Source of the DNA: an uncultured Bacteriovoracaceae bacterium
Lineage (GTDB): Bacteria > Bdellovibrionota > Bacteriovoracia > Bacteriovoracales > Bacteriovoracaceae
NCBI GenBank assembly: GCA_964012805.1
Contig: CAXGUD010000022.1
Location: 1-64,000 of the forward strand
Length of the DNA stretch: 64,000 bases
Direction: 5' to 3'
This document shows, piece by piece, positions 18,805-29,360 of the stretch (position 1 is the first letter of the stretch; each line of letters opens with the position of its first letter). A program made the position numbers and the translations under genes. The notes below the pieces were generated by a model. The model was not told the DNA's origin, did not search any database, and saw nothing but the letters and a program-made list of their open reading frames with translations.

Positions 18805-19089
18805 TTAATAGGAAATCTCTTCAAGCCTTACAATTTTTTTAACATTACCGATTAAATCAGTTTTTTTCATTGATAAAAAGCCCAACTTTACAATGTACTC
18901 CTGATTTTCATTTATATCTAATATGGTATCTGACTCACCAATAATCCTTTCAACCCTTTTGCCGTTATAAAAGCCCTTAAAATGAAACTCATACCTTATG
19001 GTATTATTTTGTTTGGATATAGAAACGCATTTACTTAAAGCAAAAAATATGACCAAAGTTAAACAGTCCTTGATTAAAGATATTTTCAA
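18805..19089 (-). CDS. Small hypothetical exported protein
   Basis: 94-aa ORF with a hydrophobic N-terminus; start uncertain. Confidence 0.5.
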   Translation of the reverse strand: MKISLIKDCLTLVIFFALSKCVSISKQNNTIRYEFHFKGFYNGKRVERIIGESDTILDINENQEYIVKLGFLSMKKTDLIGNVKKIVRLEEISY

Positions 19090-19170
19090 AGCTTTATTTA
19101 CAAATTTATTTTAAAATTAAAGTTGAAAAGTCATCAAAATTACTGATTAGTAAAAATGGAGAAGTAACAA

Positions 19171-21006
19171 ATGAACCTCTCACCTAAAAAAACAATCAGT
19201 GCGCTTTTTATAAAAAGAGTTGAGAAGCAAAAAAACCAAATAGCTATTGGTTCAATAAAAAATAAAAAACTAGATTTTATTACTTTTGAAAAGTATTACG
19301 ATATAGTTGAGTGTATTTATTATGGTTTAAATAAGTCTGGATTAGAAATAGATGATAAAGTAGCGATTTTATCTTCGACCTGTAAGGAATGGCATTTTTT
19401 TGACCTTGCTAATCTTTGTTCTGGTGCGACCGTTGTTCCTCTCTATCAGACATACAGGAATAAAGACATTACTTACATCTTGAATCACTCTGAATCTAAA
19501 TTTCTATTCTTAGAAAATGAAGAACAAGCAAAAAAAATAGTTTCCATTGAGACTGAACTTAAATTTCTAAAATCTATAATTATTTTAAAAAAGTTAAAAA
19601 AACCTACCGAAATTTCTTTAAAGGAAAAATTCAGTATTATTTATTATGATGATCTTATAATAGAAGGTGTTCATTTAAGAAATGATCGTCCAGGTATTTT
19701 TAGAGAAAAAAACTTGACTCTTGAAGAAGATAATATTGCAACAATTATTTACACATCAAAAACGACTGGCAAACTTAAGGGATCAATGATCACTCAAAAA
19801 GCTCTTTTTTCAATGATTAAAAATATATCAAATACTTTAAACCATAATGTAAATAACGAAGATAGGACATTAACATTCTTGCCCTTATCTCATGTGTTTG
19901 GAAGGTGTGACTCACTTCTTGCAATTGGGCTGGGAGTTCAAACCATCTATGCCCAGTCAATTAAAACTATTTTATCTGATGCACTTATTGCAAAGCCAAC
20001 TATTATTATGGGAGTTCCAAGAGTTTTTGAAAAAATTTACTCTAGATTAAACAAAGATTTTTTTTCCCCAAAACAATTCGCTCGCAAAAAGGTTTTTGAC
20101 TTTATTAAAGAACGGACAACATCGTATTTTGAAAAAGTAGATGACGACCTATCACCTTCGATTTCTGAAATAAGCATAAAAAATTTTGGCTATCATATTA
20201 TTTACTCCAAAGCCAGGAAAGCACTTGGAGGAAAAGTAAAGTTTGTAGTTTCTGGTGGAGCACCTTTAGCTTATAACATTTCAAAAATGCTAAGAAATTC
20301 TAACATGACAGTCTTGGAGGGCTATGGCTTAACAGAAACAGCAGGCGCATGCTTTTTAAATCCTATTTCAAGGCAAATTGCTGGTACAGTAGGCGTGCCT
20401 CTTGGAGATGTTCAAGTAAAAATAGCCTCAGATGGTGAAATTCTTATTAAGTCAAATTGCCTTTTTTCAGGCTATTTTAAAGAAAAGGAACTAACTAAAA
20501 AAGCCTTTGTTGATGAATGGTTTAAAACTGGCGATATTGGTGAAATAAACTACGCTGGATATCTAAAAATAAAGGATCGTAAAAAAGATATTATTGTAAA
20601 TTCTCTTGGAAAAAACATATCTCCTCAAAAAATTGAAACTCTTCTTAAGAGCGAAAAGTTTATTTCACATGCTTTCGTTATTTTAAATTCCTCTGGTGAA
20701 ATAACTGCAATCTTGGCCCTTGAAAAAACATCCATTATTGACCTTCTTAACTCAAATACCCTCTCAAGGGACAACTCCCTTCAAGAGATTTCTAAAAATG
20801 ATGAAGTAAAAGCCTTAATCAAGGATAACATAAGAGAAACTAACGCATCGCTTCAGCCTCAGGAAAAGATCAAGAATGTTTCTATTTCCTCGGAGAACTT
20901 CTCAGTCGCATCGGGTCATTTAACAGCATCACAAAAACTCAAGCGAGATTGGCTTGCAGAGCACTATAAAGTGCTAATTAACTCGCCGCAAATAAAAATA
21001 TTCTAG
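19171..21006 (+). CDS. Long-chain fatty acid-CoA ligase (AMP-binding family)
   Basis: FLPLSHVF, VSGGAPL, EGYGLTET, WFKTGDIG, KDRKKDII. Confidence 0.9.
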   Translation: MNLSPKKTISALFIKRVEKQKNQIAIGSIKNKKLDFITFEKYYDIVECIYYGLNKSGLEIDDKVAILSSTCKEWHFFDLANLCSGATVVPLYQTYRNKDITYILNHSESKFLFLENEEQAKKIVSIETELKFLKSIIILKKLKKPTEISLKEKFSIIYYDDLIIEGVHLRNDRPGIFREKNLTLEEDNIATIIYTSKTTGKLKGSMITQKALFSMIKNISNTLNHNVNNEDRTLTFLPLSHVFGRCDSLLAIGLGVQTIYAQSIKTILSDALIAKPTIIMGVPRVFEKIYSRLNKDFFSPKQFARKKVFDFIKERTTSYFEKVDDDLSPSISEISIKNFGYHIIYSKARKALGGKVKFVVSGGAPLAYNISKMLRNSNMTVLEGYGLTETAGACFLNPISRQIAGTVGVPLGDVQVKIASDGEILIKSNCLFSGYFKEKELTKKAFVDEWFKTGDIGEINYAGYLKIKDRKKDIIVNSLGKNISPQKIETLLKSEKFISHAFVILNSSGEITAILALEKTSIIDLLNSNTLSRDNSLQEISKNDEVKALIKDNIRETNASLQPQEKIKNVSISSENFSVASGHLTASQKLKRDWLAEHYKVLINSPQIKIF

Positions 21007-21027
21007 CTATCGTAAAATTAATTGATT

Positions 21028-21056
21028 TTGACAATATCTTTTGATTTAAATATATA
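21028..21056 (+). promoter_or_regulatory. sigma70 promoter of rpoZ
   Basis: TTGACA-N17-TATATA. Confidence 0.7.
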
Positions 21057-21090
21057 TGTGCCTTGAGCAAAATTTATATGAGGGGATCAC

Positions 21091-21303
21091 ATGGCCAGAA
21101 TAACAATTGAAGACTGTCTCGAAAAAGTAGAAAACCGCTACGAGCTTGTTCACCTTGCAGTTAAGAGAGTTAAACAAATTAAAGAAGGCTCAGACCTACT
21201 TGTAAAAAGTAAAAATAAAGAGGTTGTGACTGTGTTAAGAGAAATAGCTTCGGGTAAGGTTAGCCATGCTCCTGTAAGCGAATACGATGCTGACGAGTTC
21301 TAA
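21091..21303 (+). CDS. rpoZ: RNA polymerase omega subunit
   Basis: MARITIEDCLEKVENRYELVHLAVKR...LREIA. Confidence 0.97.
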   Translation: MARITIEDCLEKVENRYELVHLAVKRVKQIKEGSDLLVKSKNKEVVTVLREIASGKVSHAPVSEYDADEF

Positions 21304-21331
21304 TCAATTTTAATAAATACCTTTAATATGG

Positions 21332-21357
21332 AAGGGAGTTACTTACTCCCTTTTTTT
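21332..21357 (+). terminator. Intrinsic terminator between convergent rpoZ and lon
   Basis: AAGGGAGT-tactt-ACTCCCTT followed by a T-run. Confidence 0.8.
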
Positions 21358-23857
21358 ATTTTTTAGCAATAGCAATTTTTAAAACTTCATCGAAATGTTC
21401 CACAGGAAAAAAAGTAATACCCTTCCTGTGTCTATCTGGAACCTCTTTTAAATCCTTCTCATTTTTTTTCGGTAGGATTATCTTAGTAATTCCCGCACGC
21501 TTAGCTCCTAAAACTTTTTCTTTTATTCCTCCAACAGGGAGAACCTTACCAGTTAAACTTAACTCCCCTGTCATGGCCAATCCTTCTTTTACCCTTTTAT
21601 TGCTAGCAAGGCTATAAAGAGCCAGCGCCATGGTTATTCCAGCACTCGGCCCATCCTTTGGCGTTCCACCTGCTGGTAAATGGAGGTGAATTTCATGAGA
21701 TGCTAAGTAATCTTCTGCCTCCTGTGCTTCTTCGACAGACAAATCTTCCTTTCCTGACACCTTTTTTCTACTTTCTACATCTAACTCATTTTGTAAGAGC
21801 TTTTTCACCAGGCTATAGGCAATATTAGCAGATTCATTCATCACCTCACCTAATTGCCCTGTTAATTTAAACTCCCCTTTTCCTTTTAAGGGAAGAGTTT
21901 CAATAAATAATATTTCTCCGCCAAAAGCTGTCCAAGCTAAACCTGTTACCATCCCAGGTTTCATCCCTTTTTGAATGATATCAGACTGAAACTTAGGGCT
22001 TCCAAGTAGACTCTCCAACTTACCTTCATCTGGTAAAAACCTGTTGGGTTTCTTAGGCTTACTTACCTTTTCATAAGCTGCTATTCTACAAAGTTTTGCA
22101 ATATACTGCTCCATCATCCGAACACCAGGTTCACGAGCATAATCAGAGATAAGTTTTTTGATAGTTTTTTGATTGAGAGAGAAATCATTTTTCTCTAAAC
22201 CATGCTTTTTAAGTTGCCTAGGGACAACCCATTTGGTCGCGATTGAAACTTTTTCCTCCAAAGTATAACCACTTAATTCGATAACCTCCATTCTATCAAT
22301 TAAAGGCTCTGGAATAGCTTCTGTATAATTTGCTGTAGCAATAAATAGAACTTTAGATAAATCAAATGGAACATCTAGGTAGTTATCAATAAAAGATGAG
22401 TTTTGCTCTGGGTCTAGGACTTCTAGCAATGCAGAGGCTGGGTCGCCCTGGAAAGACTGACCCATCTTATCAATCTCATCTAGCATTATGACGGGGTTAT
22501 TAACATCAACTCTTTTTAAAGCTTGAATAATCTTTCCAGGCATTGAGCCAACATACGTTCTTCTATGGCCCTTTATTTCAGCCTCGTCCCTAATACCTCC
22601 GAGACTAAATCTATAAAACTTTCTTCCCAAAGACTGGGCTATACTCTTGCCTAAAGAAGTCTTACCTACGCCGGGAGGGCCAGCTAAACACAATATTGTT
22701 CCATCATACTGAGGTTTTAGCTTTCTTACAGCCAAAAACTCTAGGATCCTTTCTTTCGCTTTTTCTAAACCAAAATGGTCTCTATTTAGAATCTTTTTAG
22801 AGTCTAAAATATTAATTTCCTCTTCAGTTTCCTTACTCCAAGGCAAGTCAAGCATCCAAGTTAGATAGGTTCTAGATACATTATATTCTGGACTGCTATC
22901 AGGTATCACTTCAAGACGGTCCATTTCTTCTTCTATAGCCTTTTGGGCCAGCTCAGGCAGTCCTATTTTTCCAAGCCTAAGTCTCATTTTTTTGATTTCC
23001 CTAGTCTTATCATCTTCCTCCATACCAAGTTCAGACCTAATCACCTTAAGCTGCTCTTTTAAAAAATATTCTCTTTGATACTTGTTAACTTTATCGTTAA
23101 CCTCATCTGATATTTTTTTCTGAATGTCGGCAACATCTTTTTCTCTTTTTAAATAAACTAAAAGTTTTGCAAACCTTTTTTTAACAACCAAAGTCTCGAG
23201 AAAGTCTTGCGCTTCGGGAATGTCTAAAGATAAGGCAAAGGCGACAAGGTCCGCTAGAGCTCCTGGAGAGGGAGAATTAAGCATGGCCAGCTTCATCTCT
23301 TCGTTAAAATAAGGATTGATTTCACTAAGTTTTTTTACTTGGTTTATCACTGACCTTGTATAAGCATCAAGCTCCTCATCAGCTTCCAAAATATCGTCAA
23401 AAACCTCAATTTTAGACATAAGAAGTGGTGCTTCAGAAAGTATCTCAGCTGCTCTGTACCTTTTTACACCATGAACCAAAATATTTACGGACCCATCTGG
23501 TAATTTTAGCTTTTTAACTACTTTGCAGATAACTCCAACCTTATAAATATCCTTAGACGATATCTCTCTTTCATCAAAACCCAAGTCATCTTCATCAATA
23601 TCATCATCACCAAATGGAGCCTCTTCGCCCTCACCTTCAGAATAATCCGACTTAACCAGATTGAGAGCAACAAAACCAGCTTTCATCAAGTGGTTATCTA
23701 GTTCTTGAGTAAACTTTTCTTCTGATAAAATGATCGGGGCTATCATTCCTGGAAAAATGGGTGAGTTCATTATAGGTATTATAAGAACTTCAGGAGGAAA
23801 GTTTTCCTGATCCTTATTTTCTTTAATTTCAATTTGGTACTCCTCCAACTCAGCCAT
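21356..23857 (-). CDS. lon: Lon protease (endopeptidase La)
   Basis: GPPGVGKTS, GHRRTYVG, LDEIDK, PKDGPSAG catalytic Ser, GGIKEK catalytic Lys. Confidence 0.98.
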   Translation of the reverse strand: MAELEEYQIEIKENKDQENFPPEVLIIPIMNSPIFPGMIAPIILSEEKFTQELDNHLMKAGFVALNLVKSDYSEGEGEEAPFGDDDIDEDDLGFDEREISSKDIYKVGVICKVVKKLKLPDGSVNILVHGVKRYRAAEILSEAPLLMSKIEVFDDILEADEELDAYTRSVINQVKKLSEINPYFNEEMKLAMLNSPSPGALADLVAFALSLDIPEAQDFLETLVVKKRFAKLLVYLKREKDVADIQKKISDEVNDKVNKYQREYFLKEQLKVIRSELGMEEDDKTREIKKMRLRLGKIGLPELAQKAIEEEMDRLEVIPDSSPEYNVSRTYLTWMLDLPWSKETEEEINILDSKKILNRDHFGLEKAKERILEFLAVRKLKPQYDGTILCLAGPPGVGKTSLGKSIAQSLGRKFYRFSLGGIRDEAEIKGHRRTYVGSMPGKIIQALKRVDVNNPVIMLDEIDKMGQSFQGDPASALLEVLDPEQNSSFIDNYLDVPFDLSKVLFIATANYTEAIPEPLIDRMEVIELSGYTLEEKVSIATKWVVPRQLKKHGLEKNDFSLNQKTIKKLISDYAREPGVRMMEQYIAKLCRIAAYEKVSKPKKPNRFLPDEGKLESLLGSPKFQSDIIQKGMKPGMVTGLAWTAFGGEILFIETLPLKGKGEFKLTGQLGEVMNESANIAYSLVKKLLQNELDVESRKKVSGKEDLSVEEAQEAEDYLASHEIHLHLPAGGTPKDGPSAGITMALALYSLASNKRVKEGLAMTGELSLTGKVLPVGGIKEKVLGAKRAGITKIILPKKNEKDLKEVPDRHRKGITFFPVEHFDEVLKIAIAKK

Positions 23858-23933
23858 TTTTTACTCCAAGATTCTAGGATCAATACATTTTTTTAAAACA
23901 ATGAGCCTAACCTGGCCATTAAATTTTAACTCA

Positions 23934-24416
23934 TCAAACTTTAATATCTATTACAAGACGGGCTGGTGAATTTAAGTAAAAAATTTCAGCTCTTACAGCT
24001 TTTTTGAAGAGGATTTCCATAGAAAGAAACTCTTTGCTTAAAGGGTAAAACTTAAATGCCTTAACGAAGTTACTTACACCAAATGATCCAACATTCTTAT
24101 TTAACGACGTTTTAAAGAAGTCTAACGACAACTTCTTTTCATTACTTGAAAAATGTCCATAGACTTTGGGCAGTTTTTTGGAAGAAAAGTCTACCACAAT
24201 CCTCTCGTAGCCTCTTTTCTTAGAATAAGAGTGACGCATCGCCTTAACTCTTGAAGTTGAGGAGGACTCTTTGTGAAAAATACCTTCATTAAAAAATAAA
24301 AACTTTTTCCTACCCACAATTTCTCTTATCCTTAAATCAAGAAGGTTTTGAGAAAAAACCGAAGGAATATAAAAAACAAGTATGCAAAATATTGAAAATT
24401 TCATAGGCAGCCCCAC
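23934..24416 (-). CDS. Exported AMIN-like domain protein
   Basis: Signal peptide; ERIVVDF and PARLVIDI repeats typical of AMIN domains. Confidence 0.6.
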   Translation of the reverse strand: MGLPMKFSIFCILVFYIPSVFSQNLLDLRIREIVGRKKFLFFNEGIFHKESSSTSRVKAMRHSYSKKRGYERIVVDFSSKKLPKVYGHFSSNEKKLSLDFFKTSLNKNVGSFGVSNFVKAFKFYPLSKEFLSMEILFKKAVRAEIFYLNSPARLVIDIKV

Positions 24417-24498
24417 GTACGTTTTTTATCTTATGACTATTGTAGCATGGACTTTTGAATCAGATATTTGTTTTATTTTATAAAAAGGAACTTAATAT

Positions 24499-25230
24499 TT
24501 ACAGTCTTTTCCTATGAATAACCTTATAACAACCTAAAAGACTAAAAACTAAAACTAACCAAAAAATATGGTTATCCTCGCTTTTCTCCACTTCTTCCTC
24601 TATATTAGAAGCAGGTAGACGACCTGTTCTTCTGTTCCTTTCACTTTTTGCAATTTTTTTTATGAAGTATTTATTAACATTGAAATCTACAAAACCCTCT
24701 TTATAAAGATCTTCAGCCTTTTTCTTAAAACCATTGTTATAAGAGAAGCTAAGTCTATCTCCCTGAGCCATCAGAGATTTAAAACTTACATCACCCTTAT
24801 TATATTTAACGCTAAATATCCCTTCTACAGGGTTATTAAAAAAGAAACCTTCACTCTGCTTTTGTAAAAATATCAAATAATCCTTACCTTTTTTTAGATT
24901 GAGGTCTTTAAAGTTTGTTGTTGCAGTGCCCAACCAAACACCCCCAACTAAAAATACTTTGAAGTTATTTTTATTAAGCACATCGTCATTTTTTAGCCCT
25001 ATAGATTTTTTTATTCTAAAAGAGTATTCGGTAACAACTTTTTTCCCGTGCAATCTCTTATAAACCTTTGAGCTGAATGAACCCAGGATAATACTTGTAG
25101 AGCTGCTAATCTGACTTTCAACTATAGGCTCCAACTCATTTGCCATCGTTTGCGAATGATCCCTCAATCTAGAAAACACAACAGAGGAAACTAATAATAT
25201 AAAGAACCAAATTTTGAAATTAATGGTCAT
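24499..25230 (-). CDS. Exported hypothetical protein with C-terminal membrane anchor
   Basis: Signal peptide; RLPAS linker; C-terminal hydrophobic helix followed by HRKRL. Confidence 0.7.
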   Translation of the reverse strand: MTINFKIWFFILLVSSVVFSRLRDHSQTMANELEPIVESQISSSTSIILGSFSSKVYKRLHGKKVVTEYSFRIKKSIGLKNDDVLNKNNFKVFLVGGVWLGTATTNFKDLNLKKGKDYLIFLQKQSEGFFFNNPVEGIFSVKYNKGDVSFKSLMAQGDRLSFSYNNGFKKKAEDLYKEGFVDFNVNKYFIKKIAKSERNRRTGRLPASNIEEEVEKSEDNHIFWLVLVFSLLGCYKVIHRKRL

Positions 25231-25393
25231 GAAAACCTCTAATGTTGCAGAGGTTTTATCGGTTATTTCAGACCAATCTGAAGTTTTTCTATTCGTTAGC
25301 TCTTTATTGAAGTGAAGTAATGGCTAAATCTCTAAATAAAAATAATTTATGAGATTAATTAAGCCTCAAGGGTTTTGTGCTTGTGATGAAGGC

Positions 25394-25428
25394 AAAAAAA
25401 AAGCAAGCCAAAGGCTTGCTTTTTTTTT
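25394..25428. terminator. Intrinsic terminator of rplM-rpsI (bidirectional shape)
   Basis: A9-GCAAGCC-AAA-GGCTTGC-T9. Confidence 0.92.
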
Positions 25429-25448
25429 CGTGAATTATGTAACTAAAA

Positions 25449-25862
25449 TTATCTTTTAGAAAATTGAAATCTAGCTCTAGCGCCTCTAAGACCAGGTTTC
25501 TTTCTCTCAACCTTTCTTGGGTCTCTAGTTAGAAAACCTGCCTTCTTAAGCTCGCCCCTTACATTCGGGTCTAACTCAACAAGAGCTCTAGCGATACCAA
25601 GCCTTATAGCCCCAGCTTGGCCTGTAGTTCCGCCGCCTTTAACATTAATATTAAAGTCATACTTGTCAGATAACTTAAGCAATAAAAGAGGCTGGTTTAC
25701 AACATAGCGGTTAGTTGCTTTAGGAAAATAACTCCTAATATCTCTCTTATTAATAACAATTTTTCCTGTTCCCTCAGCTAGATACACTCTAGCAACAGAG
25801 CTCTTTCTTCTTCCAAGCCCGTTTGAAACATATGCTTTAGATTCTTTTTCTTTTGCAGCCAT
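25449..25862 (-). CDS. rpsI: 30S ribosomal protein S9
   Basis: [28 protein letters not shown]. Confidence 0.99.
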   Translation of the reverse strand: MAAKEKESKAYVSNGLGRRKSSVARVYLAEGTGKIVINKRDIRSYFPKATNRYVVNQPLLLLKLSDKYDFNINVKGGGTTGQAGAIRLGIARALVELDPNVRGELKKAGFLTRDPRKVERKKPGLRGARARFQFSKR

Positions 25863-25879
25863 AACCTATTCACCCTCTA

Positions 25880-26323
25880 TTAAGATTTTATTTCATATAA
25901 CTCTGGTTTTTGAGCTTCGTGACCATGATTTTCGCCTGCAAAAACCTTCAATTTTGTTAATTGCTTTCTACCTAAGGTATTCTTAGGTAACATCCCTTTT
26001 ACAGCACTCATAAGTATCGCCTCAGGCTTCCTTTCTAACTGCTCTTTTGCAGTTCTAACCTTTAGCTCACCTACATAACCTGAGTGTCTATAATATTTTT
26101 TATTATCCCACTTTCTCCCAGTAAAACTCACTTTTTCAGCATTAATAACAACAACAAAATCACCAGAGTCTGTATTAGGAGTATATGTTGCCTTTCCCTT
26201 CCCACGAAGAAGATTGGCTATTTCAGTCGCTATACGACCAACATTTTTTCCATTAGCATCTATTAAGTGCCACTTTTTTTCAGCTTCTGAGGGCTTTAAA
26301 ACAAAACTTTTTTGAACATACAT
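25880..26323 (-). CDS. rplM: 50S ribosomal protein L13
   Basis: KWHLIDA, YTPNTDSGDFVVVINAEK, GMLPKN. Confidence 0.99.
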   Translation of the reverse strand: MYVQKSFVLKPSEAEKKWHLIDANGKNVGRIATEIANLLRGKGKATYTPNTDSGDFVVVINAEKVSFTGRKWDNKKYYRHSGYVGELKVRTAKEQLERKPEAILMSAVKGMLPKNTLGRKQLTKLKVFAGENHGHEAQKPELYEIKS

Positions 26324-26468
26324 AATAACCTTCCAACAAAATAAATCTTATTGAGACCTTATAAATCCCCATTCTAAGAGTTAAGTACAACAGAGAACTT
26401 ATATAAGATTAAGAAAGGAGTCGTCAAGGCGTAGCAATAAAGGAAAGGCCTTAAAATAACCAGATCTT

Positions 26469-29360
26469 TTAAAAAAAGCCAATTGATAAGTGAAACCTAC
26501 CCAGTTCTTCTCTCTGACCATCAGACAAATCCTTTCTATTTAACTTAAAACCGTAGTCAAAGTCTAAGGACCCCACAGGAGTAAGAAGTTTGGCACCAAG
26601 CCCCACACCAAAACGCATAGCAAAAAAATTAAACTTACCTACATAGAGACGCCCCCCGTCAACAAAAAGAGAGGCGGCGAACCTGTCATTAAAGTAATAA
26701 CGTGGCTCAAACTTAACATTAGAGAAGTAAGCCCTATCTCTTAAAATAACTTCACCAATGTTTTTTCCGGACTCAAGTCTGTTTATTTCATTTAGTGAAA
26801 AGCCTCTAACACTATCAACACCACTCAAACTAAAGACTTTTATTGACGGAATAAAACCCATTAATTTGTACTGACCATCTTCCTCATCAATTACGGGTTT
26901 CCCATCTGCTCCAAAATAGATATTAGTCGCTAAGTTTTTCTGAAACCCAAAAGATGCAGAAAAAGCATATACAAGGTTCCCTCTATTTATATAATACCTA
27001 TTTCGTGATGTTAACTTTATGTAATTAACTTCCTCCCCTGCAGTTTTAGTGGAAAAGAAAGTCGGCGAAGCATACTCCAGACTCAAACCAAAAATACCAC
27101 CTTCTCTAGTATTAATTTTGGTTTTTCTAAAATCATAGGAAATGGAAGGCGTGAGGGACCCAATCGTTACATTTCCCTGATCCTTAAGAAGAGTCGCATC
27201 AAATTGCTTAATGGCTTCTAGCTGATATTTAAGAGAATAGGATAACTTAGAGCTCAATACTTTATTTACCTGTAGTGATGTTTTAAGAAAGTCAGCATCA
27301 AACCCCCTTTGCCTTTTTCTAGAAGCCACCATAACCCCTTCGAACTCCAAAGGTGTATTTAAAAAATAAGGCTCAAAGAATGATGCTTTTAAAGAGAACT
27401 CTAAAAGCCTTTTTTCCTCTTTAAAGCGCCTAGAATCTAGGTTATTAAAATCAAGCCTCTGGTTTGTTTGAGCCTTCATAATAAGGCTTCTATTCATTCC
27501 CTGAAAATTTGAAAACTTTAATTCGGAAGATAACTTAACACCTATATCTGTCCTATAACCTGGAGCCAAAGTTAGTTGAATAGAGTCTTCTTCCTTAACG
27601 GAAATAACAAGGTCAACTGGTATTGAACCATCTTTATTAATCTTTCCTATTTCAAATGGAGTCACTGTTACAGCGGAAAATATACCAAGAGATGATAGGT
27701 TTTCCTTAATCGACTTAATTAAAATAGGAGTAACTAACCCTCCTTTTTCAAGATTAATTTCCCTTAGAATAACTTCTTTCTTCGTTTTTCTGTTTCCTGT
27801 AATCAAGACTCGGTCAAAAACAGTTTTTTTACCTAAATCTATGCTCAAGTTGATAGTAGCTTCTTGATAATTTTTTTGATAGGTGACTAGATTTTTAAGA
27901 TTTAGATTTTTAATTTTAGCAAAGAAATACCCTTCTCCTTTAATAATTTTTAATATTTTAGAAAGGTCATTTTTTATTTCTACTATATTAATAGGCTTCC
28001 CAACTTTATTAGATATTTCTTTAAATATAATTTTATTTAATTTATTTGTGATTTTATTTATATTAAACTTTTTTAAAATGATTTGATTTCCTTCTCTAAT
28101 ATTATAAGAGACAGAAACAGTGTTATTCCTCCTGTTAAAAATTAAAAGAGGGCTTGAAACACTAACAAAAAGTCTCCCTCTCCTGTAGTAATCTTCTTTA
28201 AGAATATCGATAAAACTTTGAAGATACTTCTTGTCTAGAAAATTTCCTTTAATCAGAGGTGTGCCATTTTTAAAAAATAAATCAGAAATAACATTTTGCT
28301 TTAAGTCTTTAGACCCAGAAAATTTAATATTATCAAGCTTTACTTTTTTACCTTCATTTATATAACAGAAGAAACTGTTAACACTTAAACCTTCTTTAGT
28401 TTTACCTTTCCTCAAACTGATTGTTATATCGGAATTGTAGATACCGCTTTCCTCATAAAGATTTGAAATCACCTTTTTTAAAGCACTTAAACCTATTTCC
28501 TTCCTTGATTTGCTAACAATTTGTTCAATTGATCCTAGAATTTGACTTCTGTTCAAATATTTATTCCCCTGAAAATAGAACACTCGCTTTCCCCCCAAGT
28601 GTCCTTTAAGAGTGATAAAAACCTTTGACTGGTCATAGTTGTAGTAAATTTTTTTAATAGAGATTGAAAAGTTATAAAAACCCTTTGAAAAAAAGTCTTT
28701 CGTTATTTTCTCTAAAAATATTTTGAACTTTATCGAATCCCATCTCTTACCAATCCATTTTTTAAAACTCTTGTTTAAAATATTTTTTTCTTTATCATTT
28801 ATTTCAATATTTATTTTTGAGATCTCTATTTCTTTCCCAAGTATAATTTTAAAATCTAAGTCCACCGTATTCTTATTTCTTTTTATCGTTGGCTCAACTT
28901 TAGTGCCTCGGTAACCTTTTTCTACAAATATATTAAGGATTTGACTTACAGAATCAACAAGAAGCTTCTTACTAAAAAAGCTAGATTTCTTAAAAGGTAT
29001 TGTCTTAAAAATTGATTTTTCGAAATCAACCATACTAGGAGGTGAAACAGATATTTTTCCTATTTTTCTTTTACTTTTTAAATGCACATTAATTACATTC
29101 TTATTTTTAAATTCAAAAACTTCATAATAAAAGCTCTCAATATCCTCGTTCATCAGCCATGTACGAAACATTCTTTTTAAGTTTTTGACTTCGACTTTAT
29201 TCAAAAGAAGTTTTTCAATTTTTACCTTAAAAGATTGACAAGTATTCTCGACCTGGCAAAAAACATTCACCTTTTCAATATACCTAGGCTTAGAAAAGCA
29301 GTTAAAGCTTAACAGCGCTAGACTAAAATAAATAAGCAACACGCAAAATAAACGCTTCAT
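26469..29360 (-). CDS. Omp85-family outer-membrane protein (TamA/BamA-like) with multiple POTRA domains
   Basis: POTRA-like repeats (ITGNRKTKKEVILRE), SVRGF motif, TPVGSLDFDYG, terminal F; coupled to tamB. Confidence 0.9.
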   Translation of the reverse strand: MKRLFCVLLIYFSLALLSFNCFSKPRYIEKVNVFCQVENTCQSFKVKIEKLLLNKVEVKNLKRMFRTWLMNEDIESFYYEVFEFKNKNVINVHLKSKRKIGKISVSPPSMVDFEKSIFKTIPFKKSSFFSKKLLVDSVSQILNIFVEKGYRGTKVEPTIKRNKNTVDLDFKIILGKEIEISKINIEINDKEKNILNKSFKKWIGKRWDSIKFKIFLEKITKDFFSKGFYNFSISIKKIYYNYDQSKVFITLKGHLGGKRVFYFQGNKYLNRSQILGSIEQIVSKSRKEIGLSALKKVISNLYEESGIYNSDITISLRKGKTKEGLSVNSFFCYINEGKKVKLDNIKFSGSKDLKQNVISDLFFKNGTPLIKGNFLDKKYLQSFIDILKEDYYRRGRLFVSVSSPLLIFNRRNNTVSVSYNIREGNQIILKKFNINKITNKLNKIIFKEISNKVGKPINIVEIKNDLSKILKIIKGEGYFFAKIKNLNLKNLVTYQKNYQEATINLSIDLGKKTVFDRVLITGNRKTKKEVILREINLEKGGLVTPILIKSIKENLSSLGIFSAVTVTPFEIGKINKDGSIPVDLVISVKEEDSIQLTLAPGYRTDIGVKLSSELKFSNFQGMNRSLIMKAQTNQRLDFNNLDSRRFKEEKRLLEFSLKASFFEPYFLNTPLEFEGVMVASRKRQRGFDADFLKTSLQVNKVLSSKLSYSLKYQLEAIKQFDATLLKDQGNVTIGSLTPSISYDFRKTKINTREGGIFGLSLEYASPTFFSTKTAGEEVNYIKLTSRNRYYINRGNLVYAFSASFGFQKNLATNIYFGADGKPVIDEEDGQYKLMGFIPSIKVFSLSGVDSVRGFSLNEINRLESGKNIGEVILRDRAYFSNVKFEPRYYFNDRFAASLFVDGGRLYVGKFNFFAMRFGVGLGAKLLTPVGSLDFDYGFKLNRKDLSDGQREELGRFHLSIGFF

